This document shows, piece by piece, positions 45,427 through 54,600 of a stretch of 64,000 nucleotides of DNA; within the stretch, counting starts at the first letter, position 1; each line of letters starts with the position of its first letter. The stretch lies in assembly GCA_030606335.1 (NCBI GenBank), contig JAUWGP010000004.1, positions 10,091-74,090 on the forward strand, given 5' to 3'. This stretch comes from a candidate division WOR-3 bacterium. Lineage in GTDB: Bacteria > Hydrothermota > UBA3073. The notes under the pieces were generated by a model that made no database searches, was not told where the DNA came from, and saw only the letters and a list, made by a program, of their open reading frames with translations. The position numbers and the translations under genes are program-made.

Positions 45427-46638
45427 ATGGTTGTTATAACTGGCAGAGAAAATGTTGGGAAATCCACGCTTCTTAACCGTATGATGGGAAAGAATGTAGC
45501 TGTTGTTGGAAAGACCCCGGGTATAACAAGAGACTTTATTGAGAAATGGATTGAAAATGAAGGTAGGGGATTCAGAATGGTTGATACAGGTGGAATCTAT
45601 CCCTCAAAGGATGGAATAAAGGAAAAGGTTCAGAAAAAGCTGAACCAGGTACTGAAACAGGCATATATAATTCTCTTTATGGTAGATGTTAAAGATGGAG
45701 TTACCGAGTTTGATAAGGAAATTGCAGTTACTTTAAGAAAGCTGGAGAAACCTATATGGCTTGTTGTAAATAAGGTTGATAGGAGGGATAGGCTCTTTAC
45801 AGCTCAAAATTTCCGTATACTTGGTTTTGATAATCTCTATCCTATCTCAGCTCTGAAAGGTTATGGGATTAAAGACCTGATAGACGATATATTAAAAGGA
45901 ATTTCTCATCACAAAAGACCCTCTCGCTCTTTACCTGTGATCTCTATAATGGGGAGACCAAATGTAGGCAAATCAACCTATACGAATGCACTTTTAGGGA
46001 AGGAAAGGATGATTGTTGATGAATTACCTGGAACTACAATAGATGTGTGTGATATCAATATAAGTTTTCATGGAAAAGAGCTTATATTAGCGGATACGCC
46101 TGGTTTAAAAAGGAGTTCCAGAATTAGGACTGATGTAGAAAAAGGAGCTACAGCGCTTACAATTTCAAATACAAAGAGGATAGATGTTGGAATATTATTG
46201 ATAGAATCAAATTCAGGCATAAAAAAAGAGGATAAGAAGATTATCCAGCTTTTATTTAGAAGAGGAAAGGGAGTTGTTATAGCAGCAAACAAGAGTGATT
46301 TGGGGAAATATTTTCTTGGGCACAATCTTCATTTTGCCTTACATATTCCATTAGTATATATATCGGCATATTTTAAGAGGAACATTGACAAACCTCTAAA
46401 GGAAGCAATCAAGGTATATGATGAAAGAAGAAAGAAGGTTTGTGCGGATGACCTTGATAGGTTGAGAAGTATCATGAAGCATATTAGGCTTTCTGGACTC
46501 GTTCAGGTATCAACATCCCCACCACGCTTCAAGGTAACCACGAGGAGGAAACTATCAAAAGGAGATCTGCGGTATATAGAAAAATGTATAAGGCAGGAAT
46601 TTGGTTTTCTTGGTGTACCTATTGAGTTTAAATTGTGA
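45427..46638 (+). CDS. der: ribosome-biogenesis GTPase Der (EngA)
   Basis: Two G domains (GRENVGKSTLLNRM...DTGG...NKVD and GRPNVGKSTYTNAL...DTPG...NKSD) plus a KH-like C-terminus. Confidence 0.85.
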   Translation: MVVITGRENVGKSTLLNRMMGKNVAVVGKTPGITRDFIEKWIENEGRGFRMVDTGGIYPSKDGIKEKVQKKLNQVLKQAYIILFMVDVKDGVTEFDKEIAVTLRKLEKPIWLVVNKVDRRDRLFTAQNFRILGFDNLYPISALKGYGIKDLIDDILKGISHHKRPSRSLPVISIMGRPNVGKSTYTNALLGKERMIVDELPGTTIDVCDINISFHGKELILADTPGLKRSSRIRTDVEKGATALTISNTKRIDVGILLIESNSGIKKEDKKIIQLLFRRGKGVVIAANKSDLGKYFLGHNLHFALHIPLVYISAYFKRNIDKPLKEAIKVYDERRKKVCADDLDRLRSIMKHIRLSGLVQVSTSPPRFKVTTRRKLSKGDLRYIEKCIRQEFGFLGVPIEFKL

Positions 46639-46683
46639 AAAATGTTTTTTTTGACAATACTTTTATAATAACAGGAATAGGGT

Positions 46684-47295
46684 ATGTATGTACTATCCTT
46701 TATAGTAGGCTATCTTCTTGGTTCAATACCTTTTGGTGTTTTAATAGCAAGGATTAAGGGTATTGACATCAGGAGTGTAGGCAGCGGAAACATTGGTTTT
46801 ACGAATGTATTGAGAACCTGTGGTACGATGTCAGGTCTGATTGTTTGCATACTCGATGTTTTAAAGGGGTTCATACCATCCTTTATATTTTCCAGATTAG
46901 TAACTTCCCATTTGATCTTCTCATCACCGTTACCGATATGCGGGGTTTTAGCAGGAGCGGGTGCTATATCTGGACACATTTTCAGTATATGGCTCAAATT
47001 CAGAGGGGGGAAGGGAGTTGCGACGAGTCTCGGTGTCTTTCTGGCATTAGCACCTACAGCAGTCCTGATAGCTCTCTTATCCTGGGGTGTTGGAGTTGCA
47101 GTTACTCGAATGGTTTCGGTTGGTTCTTTACTAAGTGGTATAGCGTTACCAACTGCCTGCTTTATCCTATACGGTAATAATCCTGTTTCTTATCTTGCCC
47201 TCTTTGCTGCTATTCTAAGTATGATAAAACACCTGGGAAATATCAAAAGGCTTGTTAAAGGGAACGAGTCAAGACTTGGAAGAAAGGGTAGGTGA
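46684..47295 (+). CDS. plsY: glycerol-3-phosphate acyltransferase PlsY
   Basis: YLLGSIPFGVLIAR...GSGNIGFTNVLR...HIFSIWLKFRGGKGVATSLG. Confidence 0.9.
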   Translation: MYVLSFIVGYLLGSIPFGVLIARIKGIDIRSVGSGNIGFTNVLRTCGTMSGLIVCILDVLKGFIPSFIFSRLVTSHLIFSSPLPICGVLAGAGAISGHIFSIWLKFRGGKGVATSLGVFLALAPTAVLIALLSWGVGVAVTRMVSVGSLLSGIALPTACFILYGNNPVSYLALFAAILSMIKHLGNIKRLVKGNESRLGRKGR

Positions 47296-47302
47296 TTTCA
47301 AT

Positions 47303-49180
47303 ATGTATGCGGAAGTAGCCCTTACACAGGGTAATTTTACATATCTTCTAAATAAAGAATTTGAGTGGGTAACCCCCGGTATTCCAGTGCTGGTACCATT
47401 TAAAAACACCATAAGAATGGGCTTTGTTGTAGATATGAAGAGCAAAACCACATTGGAAAGGGTAAAACCTATTAAGGCTGTTCTCTATGAGGAGGTTATC
47501 TTGAGTAATAATATGATTACTCTCTCATTAGAGATGGCAAAGTACTATGGTGTAACTCAGGGAGTCTGTATAAAACATATGATGCCACCATGGGTGAGAA
47601 ACCGTTTAAAAAACAGTAAGCCACTTCTCTGTGATAATAGTGTAAGAGATTCTATAAAACGAAAGAAAAGAAAATTACATTCCGAGCTAAAAGATGCAAT
47701 TTCTTCCCATTACTTCAAGACCTTCCTTCTATTCGGTAAAAATAGGTTAGATACATATTTTACCTCCATAGAATATACTGTAGCTGAAGAAAGGAGTGTT
47801 ATTTTTTTAACACCTGAGATAGTACATACACCACAGTCATTAGAGATAATGAGAGAAAATTTTGGAGATGGTGTCGTAGTTATGCACTCCAGGTTGAGAG
47901 AGAGGGAAAAAGGACTCATCTGGGAAGGTATACGCAGGAGAAGATTCAATATATGTTTTGGTTCTATAAGTGCGGTTTTTGCCCCATTTCCAGATCTGGG
48001 TTTGATAATAGTGGATGAGGAACAATCTGATGCATATAAGGTGGGACAGCGTCCCTGGCATAATGTAAGAGATGTTGCAGTTATGAGATCAATGATTGAT
48101 AAGATACCCTGTATACTCGGGAGTGCTACACCATCATTTGAGTCGTATAATAATTCAAACTGTGGCAAGTATAGGCTGATAGACACCAGAAGGGAAGGAA
48201 AGACTATTTCTACAAAAGTTGTCGATATGAAGGATGAGAAGAAATTTATCCTCTCTCGATATCTTGTAAAAACAATGAGGGAGAGGTTTACAAGAGGGGA
48301 GAAGGTCATCCTTTTTTTACCCAAAAAGGGTTATTCTCGATTTTGTATGTGCCTTGACTGCGGATGGATACCCTACTGCCCAAAATGCTCTGTAACACTC
48401 GACTATTATCGAAAAAAACATATGCTCAGGTGCCATTATTGTGGATATGAGAAACCTGCTCCTGATATGTGTGAAAAATGTAGGGGGATAAGATTTGTGT
48501 ATCCCGGTGAGGGTACTGAGCGGTTGGAGGCCAATCTGAAATCGATCTTTAGGGACAAGAAGATGATTCGAATGGATGCTGATATACTTAAAACACCAGG
48601 AGAGTGTAAAGAAGCATATAGACAATTTATAGAAGAGGGAGACATTCTTCTGGGAACACAACTTGTTATGAAAACACCGCAACTGGATTCCGTTACACTG
48701 GTTGGTATAATCTCCTGTGATGCACTATTATCTTTCCCGGATTTCAGAACCTCTGAGAGGTTTTTTTCTCAGATATTGAGAGCAAAGGCTATGATAAAGG
48801 CTGGTGAGGTTGTTCTTCAGACATATAATCCCTTAAATCCAATATTCAGGTTTATAAAAGATAATGATTATCCTGCATTCTATTCAGAGGAGATTGGAAA
48901 AAGACAGGATTTTGGACTACCGCCTTATTCCCACCTGATCAGGATATTGTCATATTCAATGACAAGGAATAAAGCCAAGGATTTGGCAGATAAGGTGGCA
49001 GAGGGTTTGAAGAAAAAGGGATATGAATTTTTTGGTGCCTCACCTTGTCCCATAGAAATGATAAAGGGCAAGTGGAGGTATCATATACTCATAAAGGTAA
49101 ATAATCCCAAGGTGTTCTTTCAGAGTGTTAATATACCAAAAGGCGTTTCAGTAGAAGTAGACCCTCAAGATATGCTTTGA
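47303..49180 (+). CDS. priA: primosomal protein N' (PriA) with degenerate helicase motifs
   Basis: Collinear with E. coli PriA as recalled from memory: LTPEI, VDEEQSDAYK, LGSATPS, Cys-rich CLDCGW..CPKC...CHYC...CEKC, GEVVLQT. Walker A is replaced by LLFGKNRLD and GRAGR by RAKAM. ATG 47303 (ORF track 47252). Confidence 0.8.
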   Translation: MYAEVALTQGNFTYLLNKEFEWVTPGIPVLVPFKNTIRMGFVVDMKSKTTLERVKPIKAVLYEEVILSNNMITLSLEMAKYYGVTQGVCIKHMMPPWVRNRLKNSKPLLCDNSVRDSIKRKKRKLHSELKDAISSHYFKTFLLFGKNRLDTYFTSIEYTVAEERSVIFLTPEIVHTPQSLEIMRENFGDGVVVMHSRLREREKGLIWEGIRRRRFNICFGSISAVFAPFPDLGLIIVDEEQSDAYKVGQRPWHNVRDVAVMRSMIDKIPCILGSATPSFESYNNSNCGKYRLIDTRREGKTISTKVVDMKDEKKFILSRYLVKTMRERFTRGEKVILFLPKKGYSRFCMCLDCGWIPYCPKCSVTLDYYRKKHMLRCHYCGYEKPAPDMCEKCRGIRFVYPGEGTERLEANLKSIFRDKKMIRMDADILKTPGECKEAYRQFIEEGDILLGTQLVMKTPQLDSVTLVGIISCDALLSFPDFRTSERFFSQILRAKAMIKAGEVVLQTYNPLNPIFRFIKDNDYPAFYSEEIGKRQDFGLPPYSHLIRILSYSMTRNKAKDLADKVAEGLKKKGYEFFGASPCPIEMIKGKWRYHILIKVNNPKVFFQSVNIPKGVSVEVDPQDML

Positions 49181-49181
49181 T

Positions 49182-49409
49182 TTATTTAACTTTTATACAG
49201 GTAATTGTGGAGGAGACACCATCAACACGGTGAATCTTTTCAGCTACTATTTCCCCCAGGTCTTTTAAATCTGCGACATCTACAACGGCAATTATATCAT
49301 ATATACCTGTAACAAGATAAACCTGTGATACTTGCTTGAATTTTTTTGTAGCTTTCAGAACCTTTTCAGCACTGCTGGGCCTTACTTTTATTAGTATAAA
49401 CGCCGACAC
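49182..49409 (-). CDS. stand-alone Lrp/AsnC ligand-binding (RAM) domain protein
   Basis: 75 aa, AFILIKV...VSQVYLVTGIYDIIAVVDVADLKDLGEIV..KIHRVDGVSSTIT. Confidence 0.7.
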   Translation of the reverse strand: MSAFILIKVRPSSAEKVLKATKKFKQVSQVYLVTGIYDIIAVVDVADLKDLGEIVAEKIHRVDGVSSTITCIKVK

Positions 49410-49506
49410 ATATCCCCCTTGTTGATGAGGAAAAATGATAAATATAATTGCCTTAATCTGCGTTAATTATTATAACACAAAATATTGAAAAGTCAAGTAA
49501 AAAATC

Positions 49507-49535
49507 TTGACATTTAAGTATTTATGCATTATAAT
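49507..49535 (+). promoter_or_regulatory. promoter TTGACA-17-TATAAT
   Basis: -35 at 49507-49512 and -10 at 49530-49535, about 20 nt upstream of ATG 49557. Confidence 0.55.
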
Positions 49536-49556
49536 ATCCAAAAACCTATGTGAAAT

Positions 49557-50177
49557 ATGTGCGCGCTTATATTTCTTATTATATTAACTCCCTGGGAGGA
49601 ATATACATCAGTAAGAAAATTGTATGACCAGGGAGAATTTATTGAGGCTAAAAGTGAGTTTGAATTTCTTTTGCAGAAGTATCCTCAAAGTGATATAACT
49701 CCATATTGTATGTTCTATATTGCGAACCTATCAAGAGACCCTGAAGAGGCGATAGAATACTACAATACAATTACTAACCTAAGCCCCGAGAGTAAAGTTG
49801 CCGATAATGCATTTGCCAGGTTGGCTTCATACTACTTTGTAACTACTAAATATCAAATTGCCGATTCTATATGTCGGATAATTCTAAAGGAATATCCAGA
49901 TGGTGATTGTGTGGATGATTCAAACGACTGGATAGATAGAATAAGGAGTTTTAACGATGTTCAGCTGTTTGCCATTCAAATTGGTGCATTCAAAGACCTG
50001 AAGAATGCAGAAGGATGTATTTCAGAATATAATAATTTTAGTACTATGATTGTATTTGATGGAAGTTTTCACAAGGCTCTTCTTGGTAGATTTTACTCCA
50101 GAGAGGATGCTAAAAGTTTCAAGGAAGAGATGAAGGTTGAGGGTTTCGTTGTTCAGATTCCCGAAGGTTGTGATTAA
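49557..50177 (+). CDS. TPR + SPOR domain protein
   Basis: TPR-like YDQGEFIEAKSEFEFLLQKYPQS. C-terminal SPOR-like FAIQIGAFKDLKNAEGCISEY...HKALLGRFYSREDAKSFKEEM. Confidence 0.65.
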   Translation: MCALIFLIILTPWEEYTSVRKLYDQGEFIEAKSEFEFLLQKYPQSDITPYCMFYIANLSRDPEEAIEYYNTITNLSPESKVADNAFARLASYYFVTTKYQIADSICRIILKEYPDGDCVDDSNDWIDRIRSFNDVQLFAIQIGAFKDLKNAEGCISEYNNFSTMIVFDGSFHKALLGRFYSREDAKSFKEEMKVEGFVVQIPEGCD

Positions 50178-50241
50178 ATTATGGTGAACATCCAGAGCAA
50201 GAAATTCCCCTTTTTGAATGCCTGGTATACCCCTTTTTCTC

Positions 50242-50270
50242 TTGACATTTTATTAGTTTTATGTTATAAT
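50242..50270 (+). promoter_or_regulatory. extended -10 promoter TTGACA-17(TGt)-TATAAT driving tRNA-Leu
   Basis: -35 at 50242-50247 and -10 at 50265-50270. The tRNA starts at 50292. Confidence 0.6.
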
Positions 50271-50291
50271 TATGTCGCTTCAGGTCTACCT

Positions 50292-50373
50292 GCCGGAGTG
50301 GCGGAATTGGCAGACGCGCTGGGTTTAGGACCCAGTGGGGAGACCTGTGAGAGTTCGAACCTCTCCTCCGGCA
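50292..50373 (+). tRNA. tRNA-Leu (anticodon TAG)
   Basis: Acceptor GCCGGAG/CTCCGGC, anticodon stem CTGGG/CCCAG with loop TTTAGGA, long variable arm, T loop TTCGAAC. No encoded CCA. Confidence 0.9.
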
Positions 50374-50471
50374 CAATATGTGAGGTAAAGAAATCCTTAG
50401 GATTCAAATCCCTTTCTACTCAAGGTAGATATTGTAAAATCATATAGGCTGGATTAATTCCGCACTTCTAT

Positions 50472-50544
50472 GGCCCTATCATCTAAAGGTTTAGGATGCA
50501 TGGTTCTCAGCCATGTCATACGGGTTCGAATCCCGTTAGGGCTA
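50472..50544 (+). tRNA. tRNA-Glu (anticodon CTC)
   Basis: Acceptor GGCCCTA/TAGGGCT (G1-U72 pair), D stem ATCT/GGAT, anticodon stem CATGG/CCATG with loop TTCTCAG, T arm ACGGG-TTCGAAT-CCCGT. Confidence 0.8.
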
Positions 50545-50557
50545 TAATAGTACTTAA

Positions 50558-50772
50558 AATGGTAGGCGCAGGCGAAGCAATCGCATTTCTTAGCATTATA
50601 TGGAGTGACAGTCTTCAGACTGTTAAAAAGACGTTAAAGATGAGATTGCCACGCTCATTTCATTCGCTCGCAATGACAACTTTTTGGAGTACCCGACTAC
50701 CAGCAAGCAGGTTTAATCTTTTATTTTTAATTTTTGATATTTAATATTTTATATGTTTTTGTGGGGGGTTAT
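50558..50772. repeat. mosaic repeat cluster ending at the ATG of the PLD-like gene
   Basis: Family D, A and E modules. 50641-50775 is a near copy of 27965-28093. Confidence 0.9.
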
Positions 50773-51342
50773 ATGAAAACAATATACATCACTCTATTTA
50801 TCCTATCAGTCTCAATAACCGCATGTTCAGGTGTGCCTGCGGAAAGTGTTGAAATGATAAACAACAGGGATTGTGCACCTGCTCTATTCAATGCTATTGT
50901 ATCTGCAGAGGAGTCCATACACATTATAATGTATTCAGGTGGCTATTATCCTGACCACCCGGAGGGTATAAATAGGAGGATTTATGGTGCACTTATTAAG
51001 GCAAAAGAGGATGGATTGGATGTTAAAATTATTCTTGATGCATCGGACTGGAATCCTGGTAACACAGAGAAGAATAGTCGTCTCGGAGAATATCTCGAGG
51101 CAAATGGTGTACCTGTATGGTGGGATCCCCCGGATATAACTACGCATTGTAAGTGCATAATTGTGGATGGTCACACTGTTATAATCGGATCAACAAACTG
51201 GACATACTACGCCCTTTCCCATAATAACGAAGCAAATGTATTGATAAAATCAGAACCACTTGCTCAGCAATTTGAGACATATTTCCAGGATGTACTCACA
51301 GTATCTACAGATGAACTTGATGTAGTTTACAAGGGAGACTGA
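50773..51342 (+). CDS. PLD-superfamily (single HKD motif, Nuc-like) lipoprotein, nuclease or phospholipase
   Basis: Lipobox LSVSITAC and HKD motif HCKCIIVDGHTVIIGSTNWT. ATG 50773 (ORF track 50734). Confidence 0.75.
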   Translation: MKTIYITLFILSVSITACSGVPAESVEMINNRDCAPALFNAIVSAEESIHIIMYSGGYYPDHPEGINRRIYGALIKAKEDGLDVKIILDASDWNPGNTEKNSRLGEYLEANGVPVWWDPPDITTHCKCIIVDGHTVIIGSTNWTYYALSHNNEANVLIKSEPLAQQFETYFQDVLTVSTDELDVVYKGD

Positions 51343-51418
51343 GGTAGTTCAGGTTTATTATTGGATTCCAGTATTTATTGATTGCGATTTTATTTATTTA
51401 CTATTTATACTACTTATT

Positions 51419-52306
51419 ATGCTACTTCTTCTATCTCTACTGTTCTTATCAAATGAAATTGTAATTTATCACACAAACGATATTCATGCAAGCTTTACCC
51501 CAACCTTAGCCAGATGGATGAACCCTGACTTTCCTCCCCCTCTTGGAAAGGGAGCATCTCTCTCTACTCTTTTAGCAAAGGCAAGAGAGGAATATCCTGA
51601 TTTACTCTTGCTTGATGCAGGGAATTTTATGCCTGAGACCTTTCTTCCTGAGGACATTGATTGGGAAAGGTATATGGAAATTATGAACTTTTTGTCATAT
51701 GATGCTGCAGCAGTTGGGATATCAGAGCTCTCGTATGGTATAGATATACTGGGAAGAATGTCCAAAATTTCAAATTTTCCGTTTCTATCTGCAAATCTTA
51801 AGGTAAAAGAAGAGGATTACAATTATATCAAACCTTACAGGATATTTCATAGAGAAGGTGTAAGGATTGGTATCTTTGGACTCATATCTGAACGCACTCC
51901 CCTTATGCTGTTACGGGAGATAAGGAATGAGATTATTGTATTCAGCGAGATTGAGACAGCAAAGAGAATTGTTGGCGAACTGAAAGAAAATGGGGTGGAT
52001 TTAATAATAGCAATCACATCTATAGGATTTGTAAAGGATAAAAAACTCGCCAGAGATGTTCCAGGAATTGATGTAATAATAGGGGGATATACGGGTTGGG
52101 CACGATATGAACCTTACGAAGACCCGGTTACTCATACTCTTATTGTTAGACTCTATCCAGATTTTTCCTCTGTGGGAAGATTTTTGCTCGAGATAGACCC
52201 AATAACGAAGAAAATTAGCCGGTATGACTATAAGACGATCACACTTATCACAGGAGAGTATCCATTAGACCTACACTTTATCCAAATTCTACAGGACGTA
52301 AATTAA
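51419..52306 (+). CDS. UshA/5'-nucleotidase-like metallophosphoesterase-fold protein with degenerate metal-binding motifs
   Basis: IVIYHTNDIHASF keeps the DxH motif. GD is GN (LDAGNFMPE), GNHE is GISE (AAVGISELSYG) and GGHSH is GGYTG. No 5'-nucleotidase C-terminal domain. Confidence 0.6.
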   Translation: MLLLLSLLFLSNEIVIYHTNDIHASFTPTLARWMNPDFPPPLGKGASLSTLLAKAREEYPDLLLLDAGNFMPETFLPEDIDWERYMEIMNFLSYDAAAVGISELSYGIDILGRMSKISNFPFLSANLKVKEEDYNYIKPYRIFHREGVRIGIFGLISERTPLMLLREIRNEIIVFSEIETAKRIVGELKENGVDLIIAITSIGFVKDKKLARDVPGIDVIIGGYTGWARYEPYEDPVTHTLIVRLYPDFSSVGRFLLEIDPITKKISRYDYKTITLITGEYPLDLHFIQILQDVN

Positions 52307-52341
52307 CCTGGGTGAATGTTCTAAAACCGTCCTTATATATA

Positions 52342-53283
52342 ATGAAAAAAAGGATTTGCATTTCAATAAAACCCTTCCTGTACCTGCTTCCCGCCATTAT
52401 TATAGTGTTAGTCTTTAGATTTTTTCCAATACTATATGTGGCAAGGGTAAGTCTGTTTAAATGGGGGATAGGGGGAGCGGAGAGATTTACAGGATTTGGC
52501 AATTACCTGAAGGCATTGAGCGACCCATATTTCTGGCAGTCACTTACGAATACGCTCTGGTATGTAGTATTTGTGGTTCCACTATCTATATTTTTTTCGT
52601 TGTTTATTGCACTGCTGTTAAACAGCAAGATTAAAAGAATTGGTTTTTTTAGAACCGTATATTTCCTTCCTGTCGTAACATCAATTGTTGCCATATCTAT
52701 GGTATGGAAGTGGATATATCATCCCAAAATTGGTCTTTCAAATTATACCCTAACTTTTCTTCACTTTCCTCCACAACGCTGGTTATCTGAATGGAGAGGG
52801 ATATTCGAGATTATTATTGGAAGAAATCTGCCCGATGTTTTAGCAGGACCCTCACTGGCACTTCTCTCGATAATAATCATGATGGTATGGAAGGGTATCG
52901 GATATAATATGGTAATATTCCTTGCAGGGCTTCAGAATATACCTCGTAACTATTATGAGGCGGCTGAAGTAGATGGTGCAAGTGGATTTTCAGTATTCAG
53001 ACATATCACATGGCCGCTTCTTTCTTCAACAACCTTTTATGTGCTCATTATAAGTACTATAACCTCTTTTCAGGTGTTTGCTCCAGTGTGGCTTATGACA
53101 GGACCTCCTGCAGGAGGACCACTTGGTTCAACCAATGTACTTGTTTATCATTTATACGATGCGGCGTTCAACTTTTCAAGTTATGGATATGCAAGCGCAA
53201 TAAGTATGATATTATTTCTGATAGTATTAACCCTCACAATTGTTCAGAGAAAGGTGGTTGAACGCAGGGTTTATTATGAATAA
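52342..53283 (+). CDS. carbohydrate-type ABC transporter permease (MalF/UgpA-like)
   Basis: PFLYLLPAIIIVLVFRFFPILY and EAA loop YYEAAEVDGASGFSVFRHITWPLL. Alternative GTG start at 52312. Confidence 0.85.
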   Translation: MKKRICISIKPFLYLLPAIIIVLVFRFFPILYVARVSLFKWGIGGAERFTGFGNYLKALSDPYFWQSLTNTLWYVVFVVPLSIFFSLFIALLLNSKIKRIGFFRTVYFLPVVTSIVAISMVWKWIYHPKIGLSNYTLTFLHFPPQRWLSEWRGIFEIIIGRNLPDVLAGPSLALLSIIIMMVWKGIGYNMVIFLAGLQNIPRNYYEAAEVDGASGFSVFRHITWPLLSSTTFYVLIISTITSFQVFAPVWLMTGPPAGGPLGSTNVLVYHLYDAAFNFSSYGYASAISMILFLIVLTLTIVQRKVVERRVYYE

Positions 53284-53307
53284 ACTTTCGATTCAATAGA
53301 AAATTAA

Positions 53308-54117
53308 ATGAAGAAGTTTTTGATATACATCTTCTTAAGCGTTGGGGCACTTCTTTTTATAGTCCCTTTCTACTGGATGGTTGTAACCTCTCTAAAGCCA
53401 GCTGTTGAAGCAGTAAAATTTCCCCCCACATGGATACCCATGGCTCCAAGACCGGAGAATTATATTGACGCACTAAAGGCTGCACCCTTTGGAAGATACT
53501 TTTTGAATACTTTGTTTATAGCAATAATTACTACTTTGGGTGTTATTATTACCTCATCTCTTGCTGCATATGCCTTTGCAAGAATGCAATTCAAGGGAAG
53601 AGATGTAATTTTTCTTCTATTTTTGGCAATGATGATGGTGCCTATGCCAGTTTATATAATCCCCGGTTATCTCATACTCGCATCCTTTGGTTGGATAGAT
53701 ACATTTTATGCGCTTATCGTTCCCTGGATTGTTAACGTTTTTGCAATATTTCTACTAAGACAACACTTCAGGACGATACCAAAGGCTCTCTATGATGCTG
53801 CAACTATTGATGGTTGTTCAGAGCTTGGATTTTTATGGAGAATAGCAGTACCACTTTCAAAACCTGCGGTAGTAACGATTGCAATATTTTCGCTTCTTGC
53901 TTCCTGGAATTCTTTCGTGTGGCCACTTGTAATGACGAATCGTGAAGAAATAAGACCAGTTCAGGTAGGTTTAGCATATTTTATACAGGAACAATCGACT
54001 AACTACACTCTCCTCTCCGCAGCATCCACCCTTGTTGTTTTACCTGTAATCATCCTCTTTTTCTTCTTCCAGAGACAGATTATAGAGAGCCATATGAAAT
54101 CCGGGATGAAAGAATAA
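53308..54117 (+). CDS. carbohydrate-type ABC transporter permease (MalG/UgpE-like)
   Basis: LLFIVPFYWMVVTSLK and EAA loop LYDAATIDGCSELGFLWRIAVPL. Confidence 0.85.
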   Translation: MKKFLIYIFLSVGALLFIVPFYWMVVTSLKPAVEAVKFPPTWIPMAPRPENYIDALKAAPFGRYFLNTLFIAIITTLGVIITSSLAAYAFARMQFKGRDVIFLLFLAMMMVPMPVYIIPGYLILASFGWIDTFYALIVPWIVNVFAIFLLRQHFRTIPKALYDAATIDGCSELGFLWRIAVPLSKPAVVTIAIFSLLASWNSFVWPLVMTNREEIRPVQVGLAYFIQEQSTNYTLLSAASTLVVLPVIILFFFFQRQIIESHMKSGMKE

Positions 54118-54164
54118 AAAAACTTGTAATTTATTGATTTTTGGGTTATAATATATTTAATTAG

Positions 54165-54545
54165 GGGTGACAGTCTTCAGACTGCTAAAAAGGTGTTAAA
54201 GATGAGATTGCCGCGCTTACGCTCGCAATGACTACTTTTTGGAGCACCCCGCCAAAGCGGGGTAAGCATGACCCCGTAGAGTGTTCTTTGGAGTGCATTA
54301 TGGAGTGCCCCGCCATAGCGGGGCACCACTGTGACGCGTGTTTGTCATTGCGAGGAGTCCGTCGATTGATGGACGACGAAGCAATCTCATCTCTCAGCAT
54401 TCTATGGAGTGTTCTATGGAGTGCCCCGCCTTAGCGGGGCCCTACTGTGACCCTGTTGAGTATTCCTCTACAGGGTAAACACGGTCACAGCACTCCAAAG
54501 TTATATAATGGTAGCCGCAGGCTTAAGCCTGCGAAGAACAAGGAC
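54165..54545. repeat. mosaic palindromic repeat cluster
   Basis: Module order is similar to 60100-60385: family A, then tatggagtg units, then ccccgccttagcggggc, then ctgtgacc...ggtcacag, then gtagccgcaggcttaagcctgcg. Confidence 0.9.
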
Positions 54546-54600
54546 ATACTATAAAACATGGATTTCAGTAATCATTTTTATTATTTAGTATTTTACAACT

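Noticed and set aside
45427-46638. Der considered as the missing small GTPase partner of the Roadblock proteins
   Set aside because: It has the canonical double G-domain plus KH architecture of the ribosome-assembly factor EngA/Der and sits in a housekeeping block. It is not MglA-like.
50179-50447. ORFs of 65 and 88 aa on both strands
   Set aside because: They overlap the well-folded tRNA-Leu gene and its promoter.
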